Positions 50,925-63,419 of a DNA stretch of 64,000 bases are shown in pieces. Source of the stretch: Prevotella sp. Its GTDB lineage: Bacteria; Bacteroidota; Bacteroidia; Bacteroidales; Bacteroidaceae. Position 1 is the stretch's first letter. Each line of letters begins with the position of its first letter. Under the pieces are notes generated by a model. The model worked only from the letters and a program-made list of their open reading frames with translations, searched no databases and had not been told where the DNA came from. Made by a program: the position numbers and the translations under genes. Location of the stretch: positions 9,637-73,636 of the forward strand of contig JBHAFS010000003.1 in assembly GCA_041856205.1 (NCBI GenBank), in the 5' to 3' direction.

Positions 50925-51578
50925 ATGACCGTCGAAGCCCTTACACACACCGCCGCCGAGACCACTGCCAGTGGGCCGTCGGGCGGTGACGTGCAGCCTC
51001 TGGAGCCGCTGCGCACGGGCATCTTCGGCGGCAGCTTCAACCCCATACACAATGGCCACATCGCCTTGGCGCGACAGCTGCTGCAGTTGGCCGCGCTGCG
51101 CGAGATATGGTTTGTGGTGTCGCCCCTCAACCCCTTCAAGCAGGGTGCCGGCGACCTGCTTGCCGATGACCTGCGCCTCGACTTGGCGCGACAAGCCCTG
51201 CGCCACGAGCCCGGGCTGACGGCCAGCGACTGCGAGTTCCGCCTCCCGCGACCGTCGTATATGTGGAACACGCTGCAGCACCTTGCTACCCAGCATCCCG
51301 ACCGCCGCTTCGTGCTCATCATCGGTGCCGACAACTGGCTGTCGTTCGACCGCTGGGCCCATGCCGGCGACATCCTGGCCCACCACGAGGTGGTGGTCTA
51401 TCCGCGTGAAGGCTTCCCCATTGTCGAAGCCACCTTGCCCCCCAACGTACACCTCATGCACACCGACCTCTACCCCCTGAGCAGCACCGACATCCGCCGC
51501 CGTGTCAGGGCGGGCGAGTCCATCGACGGACTCGTGCCCGAGGTCATCCGCCGCCGCGTGCTCGAATACTACCGCTGA
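50925..51578 (+). CDS. nadD: Nicotinate-nucleotide adenylyltransferase
   Basis: GIFGGSFNPIHNGH, IIGADNW, LSSTDIR. Confidence 0.95.
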   Translation: MTVEALTHTAAETTASGPSGGDVQPLEPLRTGIFGGSFNPIHNGHIALARQLLQLAALREIWFVVSPLNPFKQGAGDLLADDLRLDLARQALRHEPGLTASDCEFRLPRPSYMWNTLQHLATQHPDRRFVLIIGADNWLSFDRWAHAGDILAHHEVVVYPREGFPIVEATLPPNVHLMHTDLYPLSSTDIRRRVRAGESIDGLVPEVIRRRVLEYYR

Positions 51579-51907
51579 CGGGCATGCGGAGGGGGGGGAA
51601 AGCCTCCCCCGGCCCCTCCGGTAGGAGGGGAGAAAGCAGCGTGAGAGACATCTCCCTCGTGCTCGACTCACTCTGCTGCCACTCCGCGCCGAGCGGCGTG
51701 TCTGTGTGATCGGCGAGCGGATGAACAGTTGACCTTGCATCTTAACGGATCAACAAAAGCCTTTCGGCAACTCTTCGACCAGCCAACCCCTGCCGTCTCA
51801 CATTTCTGTTTTTCTCTTGGGCACCTCTCCTTGGTGTGCTTTCACGATGCCCATGCAGCCTCCACGCAGTGCCTTGGCGGCGCTGTCGTGTCACGGCTGC
51901 ATGGCCG

Positions 51908-51995
51908 GGCAATCCTGCTTCGACTCGAAGTAGACGCTGCTTCGACTCGAATCACGCGCTGCTTCGACTCGAAGCACACGCTGTTTCGACTCGAA
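51908..51995. repeat. 22-bp tandem array 3 (4 units plus partial)
   Basis: CTGYTTCGACTCGAA cores at exact 22-nt period. Confidence 0.92.
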
Positions 51996-52120
51996 CCACA
52001 CGCCGCTCAGGCCCGCAGCATGCAGCCGGATGGTAGCGCAAGCCCTTGCGTTACAGTGCTTTGGCTCATCGTGAAGACCGTTTACGCGGTGTCCCGAGCC
52101 GTCCTCTCACTGAAAGTTAA

Positions 52121-52405
52121 TCCTCCGCCCGCCTTCGGCGAATCTGAGAATATCCATAGAATATATTTTTTTGGCTGTGGCTCATCGCAGAATATAGCCT
52201 GGGGTCTCGCGTGCGAGGCCTATCTCAGAATATGCAAACGGCGGGTTGGACAGATGACGTGAACCAAAAGGAAGCGACCGATACACTACTTGATATTCTC
52301 GCATCGGCCCTGACAGCGGGGCCAAGGAGATATTCTGCGATGAGCGATAGCCCCCAAAAATATATTCTATGGATATTCTCAGATTCGCCGAAGGCGAGCG
52401 GAGGA
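52121..52405. mobile_element. 285-bp long inverted-repeat element (MITE-like)
   Basis: Outer 50 nt of the arms 49/50 complementary; homology extends about 110 nt; no transposase or clear TSD. Confidence 0.55.
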
Positions 52406-52528
52406 GAGAAAAAAGATAGGTAGGAAAAGTAGGAACAATGATATAACCGTGGCGACAAAAATACCGGAAGTGGGGGCACTATCAACTTTTTTTTTCTTAT
52501 CTTTGCAAGGCTACGCAATACGTTTATC

Positions 52529-55261
<2,733 letters not shown>

Positions 55262-55361
55262 TTTTTAGCGAATAATCGTTCATCGACTTGCAACCATGTT
55301 ACATGAAACATTTTTTGCATCAGATGGACAATTATTTAGATATGTTTCATCGGTCAGTCGC

Positions 55362-55369
55362 TATCTTTG
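55362..55369 (+). promoter_or_regulatory. -7 element TATCTTTG of fructan susC
   Basis: TAnnTTTG consensus upstream of ATG 55409. Confidence 0.65.
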
Positions 55370-55408
55370 CGGCGGGAAACCCAAATTCTAACATAAACAA
55401 TTTTATCG

Positions 55409-58400
55409 ATGGAACACCTAAGAAGAATTTTAATGAGTGTGTTACTCAGCATGATCTGCCTCGCCATGAGCGCACAGAGCATCGATGCCAGTGGCACTAT
55501 TGTCGATGAGACCGGAATGGGCGTTATCGGCGCAACGGTCATGGAGAAAAGTACGGCGCATGGCACCGTGACCGACATGGACGGCAACTTCAGCCTCAGT
55601 GTCAGCCGGGGGGCTACCCTGGTCATCTCTTACATTGGTTATCAGACCATTGAACTTCCTGCTGCCGAAGGCATGAAGGTGACGCTCCGGCAGACGGCCA
55701 ACGACCTCAACGAGGTGATTGTCACGGGCTATACCACCCAGCGCAAGGCCGACCTCACGGGTGCGGTGTCGGTGGTCTCTACCGCCGACATGAAAACCTC
55801 ACCTGATGCCGACCCCTTGAAATCGTTGCAAGGCAAGGTGGCGGGAATGACCATCACCACCACGGGGTCGCCAAGCGGTACGGCTACGGTACGCATACGC
55901 GGTGTGGGTTCGTTCAACTCTTCGCAAGACCCGCTCTATATCGTTGACGGAGTGCCCATGACCACCTCGCTCAATACGCTCAATACCAATGATATTGAGA
56001 GTATGCAGGTGCTGAAAGACGCGGCCTCGGCATCTATCTACGGTAGTCGTGCTGCCAATGGTGTCATCATCATCACGACCAAACAAGGTAAGAAAGGTGA
56101 CAAGGTAAAGGTAGACTTCTCGGCCAATCTCACTGCACAGTTTTATACGTCACAGTCGAAAATGAAGCTCCTCGACACCAAAGGCTATGCCACAGCTATG
56201 GCACAGGCAGCACTCAACGACGGTCTGGACCCCGTGGCCTATGCGCGCAATTACGGTCTCAACCTCAATGCTGCCAGCGGTGACAATATCAGGGTATGGA
56301 ACCCGACTACCAGCCAATATGTAAACTACACCGTGAACGGACTGTATGACGGATTTATCAACAGCAAACGCACGATGCAATACTCGGACACCGATTGGGT
56401 GGATGAGATTTCGCGCACAGGTTTTTCTCGCAACTATAATGTGTCGCTCTCGAATGCCAACGATCGTGCCACTACGATGTTTTCACTCGGCTACAAGAAG
56501 AACGACGGTATTTTGCGATATACCGACTTTCAGAGCTATTCAGCACGAATGAACAGTTCGTACAAGGTGAACAACATGATCAGTGTGGGCGAGAACTTCA
56601 CACTCTCTTATACAAGGCAGGTAGACAGTGCGCCTATGGAGAATGCACTGAAGATGGCACCCACGGTGCCGGTGTACGAAATAGACGGAGTGACTTTTGC
56701 CGGCCCGGTGGGTGGCATGAGCGACCGTCAGAACCCCATGCGCGAGCTGTATCACAACAAAGACAACCATCTTGATTATTGGCGTCTCTTTGGTAACGCG
56801 TATGTAGAGGTAAAGCCTTTGAAGGGCCTCGCGTTCAAGTCTAATTTCGGTATTGACTTCACCACCTCATTCATCAATGCCCTCACGCACACATACGCGT
56901 CGGATATCGTAAACAACAATATAGCCAAGACCGATCTGGGACAGACCAACAACACCAACTATACTTGGTCGAACACACTCAACTATGGTTTTGAACTCAA
57001 GGATGCCCATAAGTTCAATGTGCTGCTGGGCTCTGAGATCAACAAGCAAAATTACATCGACTTCCATGCCTTGTCTGAGGAATATGCGCTAGAGACCACC
57101 GACTACATGTGGCCTAACGCTGCCACGGGTACCATGCGTGCCACTGGTGCCATGGTTGGCTATCGCTTGGCATCATTCTTCGGTAAAGCCGATTACAACT
57201 ACAACGACCTCATTCTGGCTTCGTTTACGCTACGTCATGACGGTTCGTCGCGGTTTGGTAAGAAACATCGCTGGGGTAACTTCCCTGCTGCCTCTCTCGG
57301 TTTCCGTATTTCTCAGTTGCTCGGCAAGAAATGGATTGACGACCTGAAGTTGCGTCTCTCGTGGGGTAAGACCGGAAACCAAGGTATTGACAACAACGCC
57401 CAGTTTGGTCTGTATGTGGCCGACTATGGACTTGACCGCGTGACCTCTACGGCATACGACCTGTATCTTCAGGGTTCGGGTACGTTCCCTTCAGGCTACC
57501 GCGCCACCCAGACCGGCAATGAGAACTTGAAGTGGGAGTCAACGACGCAGTACAATGTGGGTCTCGACTATACCCTTTTCGGCAATACACTCTATGGCAC
57601 TATTGACGCCTATATCAAGAATATCAGTGATATGCTCATCAATCCGGCTTATCTGGCCGTCATGGGAGAAGGTGGTGCTTCATGGTCAAATGGTCCGTCA
57701 CTGCGCGATTGGGGTATGGAGTTCACCATGGGGTATCGTAAGACGCTCGCCAACGGACTAGGTATCGACATCAACGGAAATCTCGATTTCTTCCGCAACC
57801 GCGTGACAAGTCTGCCTGAGTCGACCACGGGTTCGTATGCGCATACCACCAAGGAAAACCTGGTGCAGGCCCGTAAGTCCTATGGCTCGGTAGTGGGCTA
57901 TGTGGCAGATGGTATTTTCCAGTCACAGGAAGAGGTACTCGCCTCGGGACAGACCAATGCCCGCGTGGGTGGACTGAAATATGCCGACCTGGATGATGAC
58001 AAGGTTATCGATGCCGACGACCAGACTTGGATTATGGATCCGGTGCCAGCCTTCTCATACGGTCTGAACGTGTCGCTAACCTACAAGGGCTTTGATTTCA
58101 ATATGTTCTGGCAAGGCGTGGCCGACCAGGATGTATATAACAATCAGAAGTTCCAGACCGATTTCTGGAGCATTACCGATGCCGGATCCAACAAAGGCAG
58201 CCGTATGCTCGATGCTTGGACTACGGACAATACCGGTTCGACGATACCTGCACTGACCACCAACAACACCGCTGATGAGGGAAGAGTGTCTTCCTACTAC
58301 GTTGAGAACGGTTCGTACCTGAAGCTGCGTACCCTGCAACTGGGTTACTCACTGCCCACGGCTTTGATTAAAAAGGCAAGGATGTCGAGCGCAAGGCTGT

Positions 58401-58525
58401 ATCTCTCAGGACAGAACCTGCTGACCTTGAAGAGCAGCAGCCTTACCTGTGCTGATCCGGAGAATCCCAACTGGGCCTATCCGTTGGCTACTTCTGTCTC
58501 TTTTGGACTTCAAATCGGTTTCTAA
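55409..58525 (+). CDS. susC: SusC TonB-dependent transporter (fructan PUL)
   Basis: VIVTGY, LKDAASASIYGSRAANGVIIITTK, LKWE, C-terminal GLQIGF. Confidence 0.95.
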   Translation: MEHLRRILMSVLLSMICLAMSAQSIDASGTIVDETGMGVIGATVMEKSTAHGTVTDMDGNFSLSVSRGATLVISYIGYQTIELPAAEGMKVTLRQTANDLNEVIVTGYTTQRKADLTGAVSVVSTADMKTSPDADPLKSLQGKVAGMTITTTGSPSGTATVRIRGVGSFNSSQDPLYIVDGVPMTTSLNTLNTNDIESMQVLKDAASASIYGSRAANGVIIITTKQGKKGDKVKVDFSANLTAQFYTSQSKMKLLDTKGYATAMAQAALNDGLDPVAYARNYGLNLNAASGDNIRVWNPTTSQYVNYTVNGLYDGFINSKRTMQYSDTDWVDEISRTGFSRNYNVSLSNANDRATTMFSLGYKKNDGILRYTDFQSYSARMNSSYKVNNMISVGENFTLSYTRQVDSAPMENALKMAPTVPVYEIDGVTFAGPVGGMSDRQNPMRELYHNKDNHLDYWRLFGNAYVEVKPLKGLAFKSNFGIDFTTSFINALTHTYASDIVNNNIAKTDLGQTNNTNYTWSNTLNYGFELKDAHKFNVLLGSEINKQNYIDFHALSEEYALETTDYMWPNAATGTMRATGAMVGYRLASFFGKADYNYNDLILASFTLRHDGSSRFGKKHRWGNFPAASLGFRISQLLGKKWIDDLKLRLSWGKTGNQGIDNNAQFGLYVADYGLDRVTSTAYDLYLQGSGTFPSGYRATQTGNENLKWESTTQYNVGLDYTLFGNTLYGTIDAYIKNISDMLINPAYLAVMGEGGASWSNGPSLRDWGMEFTMGYRKTLANGLGIDINGNLDFFRNRVTSLPESTTGSYAHTTKENLVQARKSYGSVVGYVADGIFQSQEEVLASGQTNARVGGLKYADLDDDKVIDADDQTWIMDPVPAFSYGLNVSLTYKGFDFNMFWQGVADQDVYNNQKFQTDFWSITDAGSNKGSRMLDAWTTDNTGSTIPALTTNNTADEGRVSSYYVENGSYLKLRTLQLGYSLPTALIKKARMSSARLYLSGQNLLTLKSSSLTCADPENPNWAYPLATSVSFGLQIGF

Positions 58526-58545
58526 CAACATTAGCATTTCAATTC

Positions 58546-60279
58546 ATGAAAAAGATATTTTATTCTATCGTGTCCGTCTGCCTGATGCTTTCAATGACTG
58601 GATGCAACGATTATCTTGACTATAAGCCCTCTGCTGTCATCGACGAGGACCAAGCTTATCAAGACCCTAACGGTATGGTTACCAGTGCTTATGCCATGCT
58701 TGGTGACTGCTGGTACAATTATCCCTTCAACCTCTGGCCCTATGGCGACCTTACTTCAGACGACTGTCTGAAAGGCGGATCGGGTACCACCGATACTGAC
58801 TATCATGCTTTGGAGGTGTGGTCGTCGCTTACACCAACCCTTGGACCGCTCGACGAGCTGTGGTACCGACTCTACAGTGCCGTGTCACGTTGCAATCGTG
58901 CATTGCTCTCACTCGAGCAATATGGCAACGACAAACTGGGCGAAGACGTGGCGCGGCAGCGTGTTGCAGAAGTGAGGTTCCTTCGGGCCCATTTCTATTT
59001 TAAACTACTCAGAGTGTTCAGACAGATTCCTTGGATTGATGAAGAGGTGTACCGTAACAAGACACAGGAGCAGACTCGCAACGACGCCCTCACTTATGAT
59101 CAGCTGTGGGACAAGGTGATTGCCGACTTCCAGGATGCCTATGACAACCTGCCCGAGCAGCAAACAGATGGTGGACGTGCCAACAAGGTGGCTGCGGCAG
59201 CCTATCTGGCCAAGTGTTATCTGGAGCGTGCATGGGGCAATGGCTATGAAGATAGTACGGGAGTCAACTTTATCAATAAGGCTTACATGCAGAAGGTTGT
59301 TGACTATACCGATGTCGTGGCTAAGTCGCAATATGGCTATCTGGAAGACTACGGAGACATCTTCCTGCCCGATTACAACAACAGCAAGGAGTCTGTGTTT
59401 GCCGTGCAATGCTCTGACTATCAGGATGACCACACCACCTATGGACGCGCCAACTGGTCGAACATGCTCAACGGAGCATGGGGTATGTGGTCTTGCGGCT
59501 GGGACTTCCATAAGCCCTCTCAGGACTTGGTCAACAGTTTCAAGACCAAGGACGGACTTCCCGAATTCGATGATTTCTCGTCGTCAAACGGTCATCCGGT
59601 CAACGGCGCACCCACCACACAAAAGTGGGACCCCAGACTCTTTCATACTGTAGGCATGCCTACATTCCCTTACAAGTACGAGGCCGACTATACGCTCACC
59701 ACCGCCAACTCGCGCACGCCTAACACCTATGGCTACTACGCCTCAATGAAAGAGGTGCCGCAACGTTCAAAGGGTGAGACCTATAACACACCGTGGCAGG
59801 CTTTTGCCATGAACGACTATGTCATTCGATACACCAGTGCCATGCTCGACCGTGCTGAGGCACTGATAGAGCTTGATCGACTGTCGGAGGCTCGTACCAT
59901 TATCAATGCCATCCGTCAGCGTGCGGCCAACTCTGTCAGCAAGCATATAGACTATGCTGCCGACCAATGCGAGATAGCTACATATCCCGAGACTTATTTC
60001 CAGGATAAGGCCACTGCACGTAAGTGCCTGCGTTGGGAGCGTCGTCTGGAGATGGGAATGGAACATGAGCGGTTCTTCGACCTGCGTCGCTGGGGTATTG
60101 CCTCTGAGACTTTGAACGCCTATTTCAAGCGAGAGGCACAAGATAGCTACGACGGACAGACCTATGCCCAATATTATAAGGACGCCAACTTCAAGCCCGG
60201 CAAGAATGAGTTCTTCCCCGTTCCTTATAATCAGATGTATTATATTCCCGGTTTGTACAAGCAGAATAAGGGATATTGA
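58546..60279 (+). CDS. susD: SusD lipoprotein (fructan PUL)
   Basis: Lipobox MTGC; EVRFLRAHFYF, ERRLEMGMEHERFFDLRRWG, QNKGY. Confidence 0.95.
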   Translation: MKKIFYSIVSVCLMLSMTGCNDYLDYKPSAVIDEDQAYQDPNGMVTSAYAMLGDCWYNYPFNLWPYGDLTSDDCLKGGSGTTDTDYHALEVWSSLTPTLGPLDELWYRLYSAVSRCNRALLSLEQYGNDKLGEDVARQRVAEVRFLRAHFYFKLLRVFRQIPWIDEEVYRNKTQEQTRNDALTYDQLWDKVIADFQDAYDNLPEQQTDGGRANKVAAAAYLAKCYLERAWGNGYEDSTGVNFINKAYMQKVVDYTDVVAKSQYGYLEDYGDIFLPDYNNSKESVFAVQCSDYQDDHTTYGRANWSNMLNGAWGMWSCGWDFHKPSQDLVNSFKTKDGLPEFDDFSSSNGHPVNGAPTTQKWDPRLFHTVGMPTFPYKYEADYTLTTANSRTPNTYGYYASMKEVPQRSKGETYNTPWQAFAMNDYVIRYTSAMLDRAEALIELDRLSEARTIINAIRQRAANSVSKHIDYAADQCEIATYPETYFQDKATARKCLRWERRLEMGMEHERFFDLRRWGIASETLNAYFKREAQDSYDGQTYAQYYKDANFKPGKNEFFPVPYNQMYYIPGLYKQNKGY

Positions 60280-60324
60280 TGCAGCATTGGAATCATGACC
60301 AAAAACGATAAACGATTAATAAAG

Positions 60325-62028
60325 ATGAAACAACTTATTATTTTAGTGATGTCGATTATCTTTGGCGCGAATCATATACAGGCACAGCAGACGCAGTTCC
60401 TCAGCGATAACCGTGTGATACAGCGGATTACGACGGAGCAAAAGTACCTGCTGCTGCCTGTGGAGGAAAGTCAGGAAAACGACCATATACGGGTTATACA
60501 GAACAATAAAGTGGTGAAGGAACTGAACTGTCGCCTTGCCATTAACAAGACCGACTATCTGGTGCCGCTCGCGCTCGACGACCTGGCTGAGGGCGAGGCT
60601 GCGCTCTACATCACCATGAACAGGGGCAATGCCACCGCGCCCTCGGGTGGACAGTTAGTCATACATGACTTCGTATGCTGGAAGCAGATGCAATATTCAG
60701 ACACATTCGATACCCGCAATCGTGAGAAATTCCGTCCGGTCTACCATCACACTCCGCTATGGGGATGGATGAACGACCCCAACGGCATGTTCTACAAAGA
60801 CGGCGTGTGGCATCTCTATTTCCAGCACAACCCCTATGGGTCGCAATGGGAGAATATGACTTGGGGGCATTCCACCTCGCGCGACCTCATCCACTGGACC
60901 TTTGAGGGTGAGGCTGTGGAGCCCGATGCGTGGGGTACCATCTTCAGCGGCTCGTCGGTAGTCGACAAGCACAATACCGCAGGATGGGGAGAAGGCACCG
61001 TGGTGGCCTTCTATACCGCTGCGGAGGCTACACAGAAGCAGTGTATGGCCTATTCGACCGACAACGGCAGGACCTTCGTGAAATATGACAAGAACCCTAT
61101 TCTGACCTCAGAGGTGGCCGACTTCCGCGACCCGCACGTCTTCTGGAACGAGGATGCCCAGTTGTGGAACATGGTGCTGGCTGAGAAGCAGCACATGAAG
61201 ATATACTCGTCGAAGAACCTCAAAGACTGGACTTTCGAGAGCGACTTTGGCGAGGGCTACGGCAACCACGACGGAGTGTGGGAGTGTCCCGACCTGATGA
61301 AGATTGGCGACAAGTGGCTGCTCATCTGTAATATCAATCCCGGAGGCCCCTTCGGTGGGTCGGCCGCACAGTATTTCGTGGGTAGCTTCGATGGTCGTCG
61401 GTTTGTCTGCGAAGATGCGCCCGAGGAGACCAAATGGATGGACTGGGGCAAGGACCACTATGCCACCGTCACTTTCGACAACGCGCCTGACGGCCGTCAT
61501 GTGGCCATGCCGTGGATGAGCAACTGGCAGTATGCTAATCAGGTGCCCACCAAGCAGTTCCGCTCGGCCAATGGGCTGCCGCGCGATCTGGGCCTGTTCA
61601 GCTATGCGGGCGAGACCTATTGCAGTGTGAAGCCCAGTCGTGAGGTGCTGGAGGCCTTCGCTGTCAAGCCGTCGGGCAAACTCACCGAGGCCTGTCGTAT
61701 CGACGTGCAGCTGCGCGCCAACACCGTCATCAAGCTGAGCAATGACAAAGGCGACGAGGTGACTATGATCTACGATGCCAAGAACGAGACATTCAGCATG
61801 GACCGCACCAAGAGTGGTGACGTGAGTTTCTCGAATGAATTTGCCGCCGTGACCAAGGCACCGACCCGTGGAAAAATCAAGACGCTTCAAATCTTCATCG
61901 ACCGCAGCAGCATCGAAGTGATGGATGTGGAGGGAAAAATGGCCATGTCTAACCTGGTATTTCCCTCGATGCCCTACAACAAGCTGACGGTCAAGGGCGG
62001 AAGCAGCAAAATATATCCGCTCAAATAA
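60325..62028 (+). CDS. GH32 beta-fructofuranosidase/levanase with N-terminal DUF4980-like domain
   Basis: WMNDPNG, FSGS, FRDP, WECPD catalytic motifs; signal peptide MKQLIILV. Confidence 0.93.
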   Translation: MKQLIILVMSIIFGANHIQAQQTQFLSDNRVIQRITTEQKYLLLPVEESQENDHIRVIQNNKVVKELNCRLAINKTDYLVPLALDDLAEGEAALYITMNRGNATAPSGGQLVIHDFVCWKQMQYSDTFDTRNREKFRPVYHHTPLWGWMNDPNGMFYKDGVWHLYFQHNPYGSQWENMTWGHSTSRDLIHWTFEGEAVEPDAWGTIFSGSSVVDKHNTAGWGEGTVVAFYTAAEATQKQCMAYSTDNGRTFVKYDKNPILTSEVADFRDPHVFWNEDAQLWNMVLAEKQHMKIYSSKNLKDWTFESDFGEGYGNHDGVWECPDLMKIGDKWLLICNINPGGPFGGSAAQYFVGSFDGRRFVCEDAPEETKWMDWGKDHYATVTFDNAPDGRHVAMPWMSNWQYANQVPTKQFRSANGLPRDLGLFSYAGETYCSVKPSREVLEAFAVKPSGKLTEACRIDVQLRANTVIKLSNDKGDEVTMIYDAKNETFSMDRTKSGDVSFSNEFAAVTKAPTRGKIKTLQIFIDRSSIEVMDVEGKMAMSNLVFPSMPYNKLTVKGGSSKIYPLK

Positions 62029-62149
62029 AACACAAAGCCCAACAGGCCAGTGCTTGCAAAAAACGTTCATTGTGACTGTAGATTTGTTGCATGTTACAAT
62101 AATGACAGCCAATGAACGTTTTGTGCGGCGCATGGTCGGAGGGAATCAC

Positions 62150-62157
62150 TACCTTTG
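62150..62157 (+). promoter_or_regulatory. -7 element TACCTTTG of the MFS/kinase operon
   Basis: TAnnTTTG consensus upstream of ATG 62198. Confidence 0.6.
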
Positions 62158-62197
62158 CCGCAGATAATCGTAACAACCCTTAAACCGTAAAACAATT

Positions 62198-63379
62198 ATG
62201 AGTAAGACAAGCAAGATCACACTGATACCGGTGATGCTCTGTTTCTTTGCCATGGGCTTCGTAGACCTCGTGGGCATTGCCTCCAACTTCGTCAAGCAAG
62301 ACCTGTCGCTGAGCGACTCGGTGGCCAACATCCTTCCGTCGCTCGTTTTCTTCTGGTTCCTGATCTTCTCGGTACCCACGGGCGTGCTGATGAACAAGAT
62401 TGGCCGCAAGAAGACGGTGCTGCTGTCGCTGGTGGTGACCGTGGTGTCGCTGTTGCTGCCCATCGTCTCAGAGAACTTCTATGTCATGCTGGTGTCGTTC
62501 TCGCTGCTCGGCATCGGCAACACGCTGATGCAGACCTCGCTCAACCCGCTGGTGTCGACCGTCATCAAGGGTAACCTGGCCTCTACGCTCACCTTCGGAC
62601 AGTTTGTCAAGGCCATCGCCTCGTTCATGGCTCCATACATCGCCATGTGGGGTGCCATGGCTACCATTCCCAGCTTCGGCCTGGGCTGGCGCATCCTCTT
62701 CCCGGTCTATATGGTGGTGGGCATCGTGGCCATCCTGCTGTTAGGCTCAACGCCCATTGAGGAGGAGCGTGCCGATGTGTACGACGACGGCGCCGATACC
62801 CTCAGCCGGCAGTTTGTCGAGGCATTCCGACTGCTGGGTAAGCCGGTGGTGCTGCTGAGCTTTTTGGGCATTATGTGTCATGTGGGCATCGACGTGGGCA
62901 CCAACACCACGGCCCCCAAGATTCTCATGGAACGGCTGGGCATGACGCTCAACGAGGCAGTCTTTGCCACAAGTCTTTACTTCATCTTCCGTACCATCGG
63001 CTGTCTCACGGGCAGCTTCTTCCTGCGCGTGATGAAGAGTCGCACCTTCTTCATCATCTCTGTGGCGATGATGGTGCTGAGCATGGTGGGTATGCTGGTC
63101 GGCACTTCCCAGGCTGTGCTTTATGTGGCCATTGCCCTGGTGGGCTACGGCAACTCCAATGTCTTCTCTATTGTCTTCTCACAAGCCCTCCTCTCGGTGC
63201 CCGAGAAGAAGAATGCCGTGAGCGGACTGATGATCATGGGCCTCTTCGGCGGCACGGTGTTCCCGTTGCTCATGGGCTTTGCCAGCGATGCTGTGGGACA
63301 GGCCGGAGCTGTGGCGGTCATGGCTGTGGGTGTGGCCTACCTCTGCACGTACATTGGGAAAGTAAAGAGTGAAGGATGA
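62198..63379 (+). CDS. MFS transporter, likely fructose permease
   Basis: About 12 hydrophobic helices; GVLMNKIGRKK motif A; context with GH32 and PfkB kinase. Confidence 0.88.
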   Translation: MSKTSKITLIPVMLCFFAMGFVDLVGIASNFVKQDLSLSDSVANILPSLVFFWFLIFSVPTGVLMNKIGRKKTVLLSLVVTVVSLLLPIVSENFYVMLVSFSLLGIGNTLMQTSLNPLVSTVIKGNLASTLTFGQFVKAIASFMAPYIAMWGAMATIPSFGLGWRILFPVYMVVGIVAILLLGSTPIEEERADVYDDGADTLSRQFVEAFRLLGKPVVLLSFLGIMCHVGIDVGTNTTAPKILMERLGMTLNEAVFATSLYFIFRTIGCLTGSFFLRVMKSRTFFIISVAMMVLSMVGMLVGTSQAVLYVAIALVGYGNSNVFSIVFSQALLSVPEKKNAVSGLMIMGLFGGTVFPLLMGFASDAVGQAGAVAVMAVGVAYLCTYIGKVKSEG

Positions 63380-63419
63380 ATAGTGAATATTTTTGTTAGA
63401 AATTAATATATTAAAAGAT

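Noticed and set aside
51729-52423. ORFs 51729-52262, 52225-52842 and 52211-52423 in the nadD-HTCS gap
   Set aside because: They translate the repeat array and both arms of the inverted repeat (same peptide on both strands); not credible proteins
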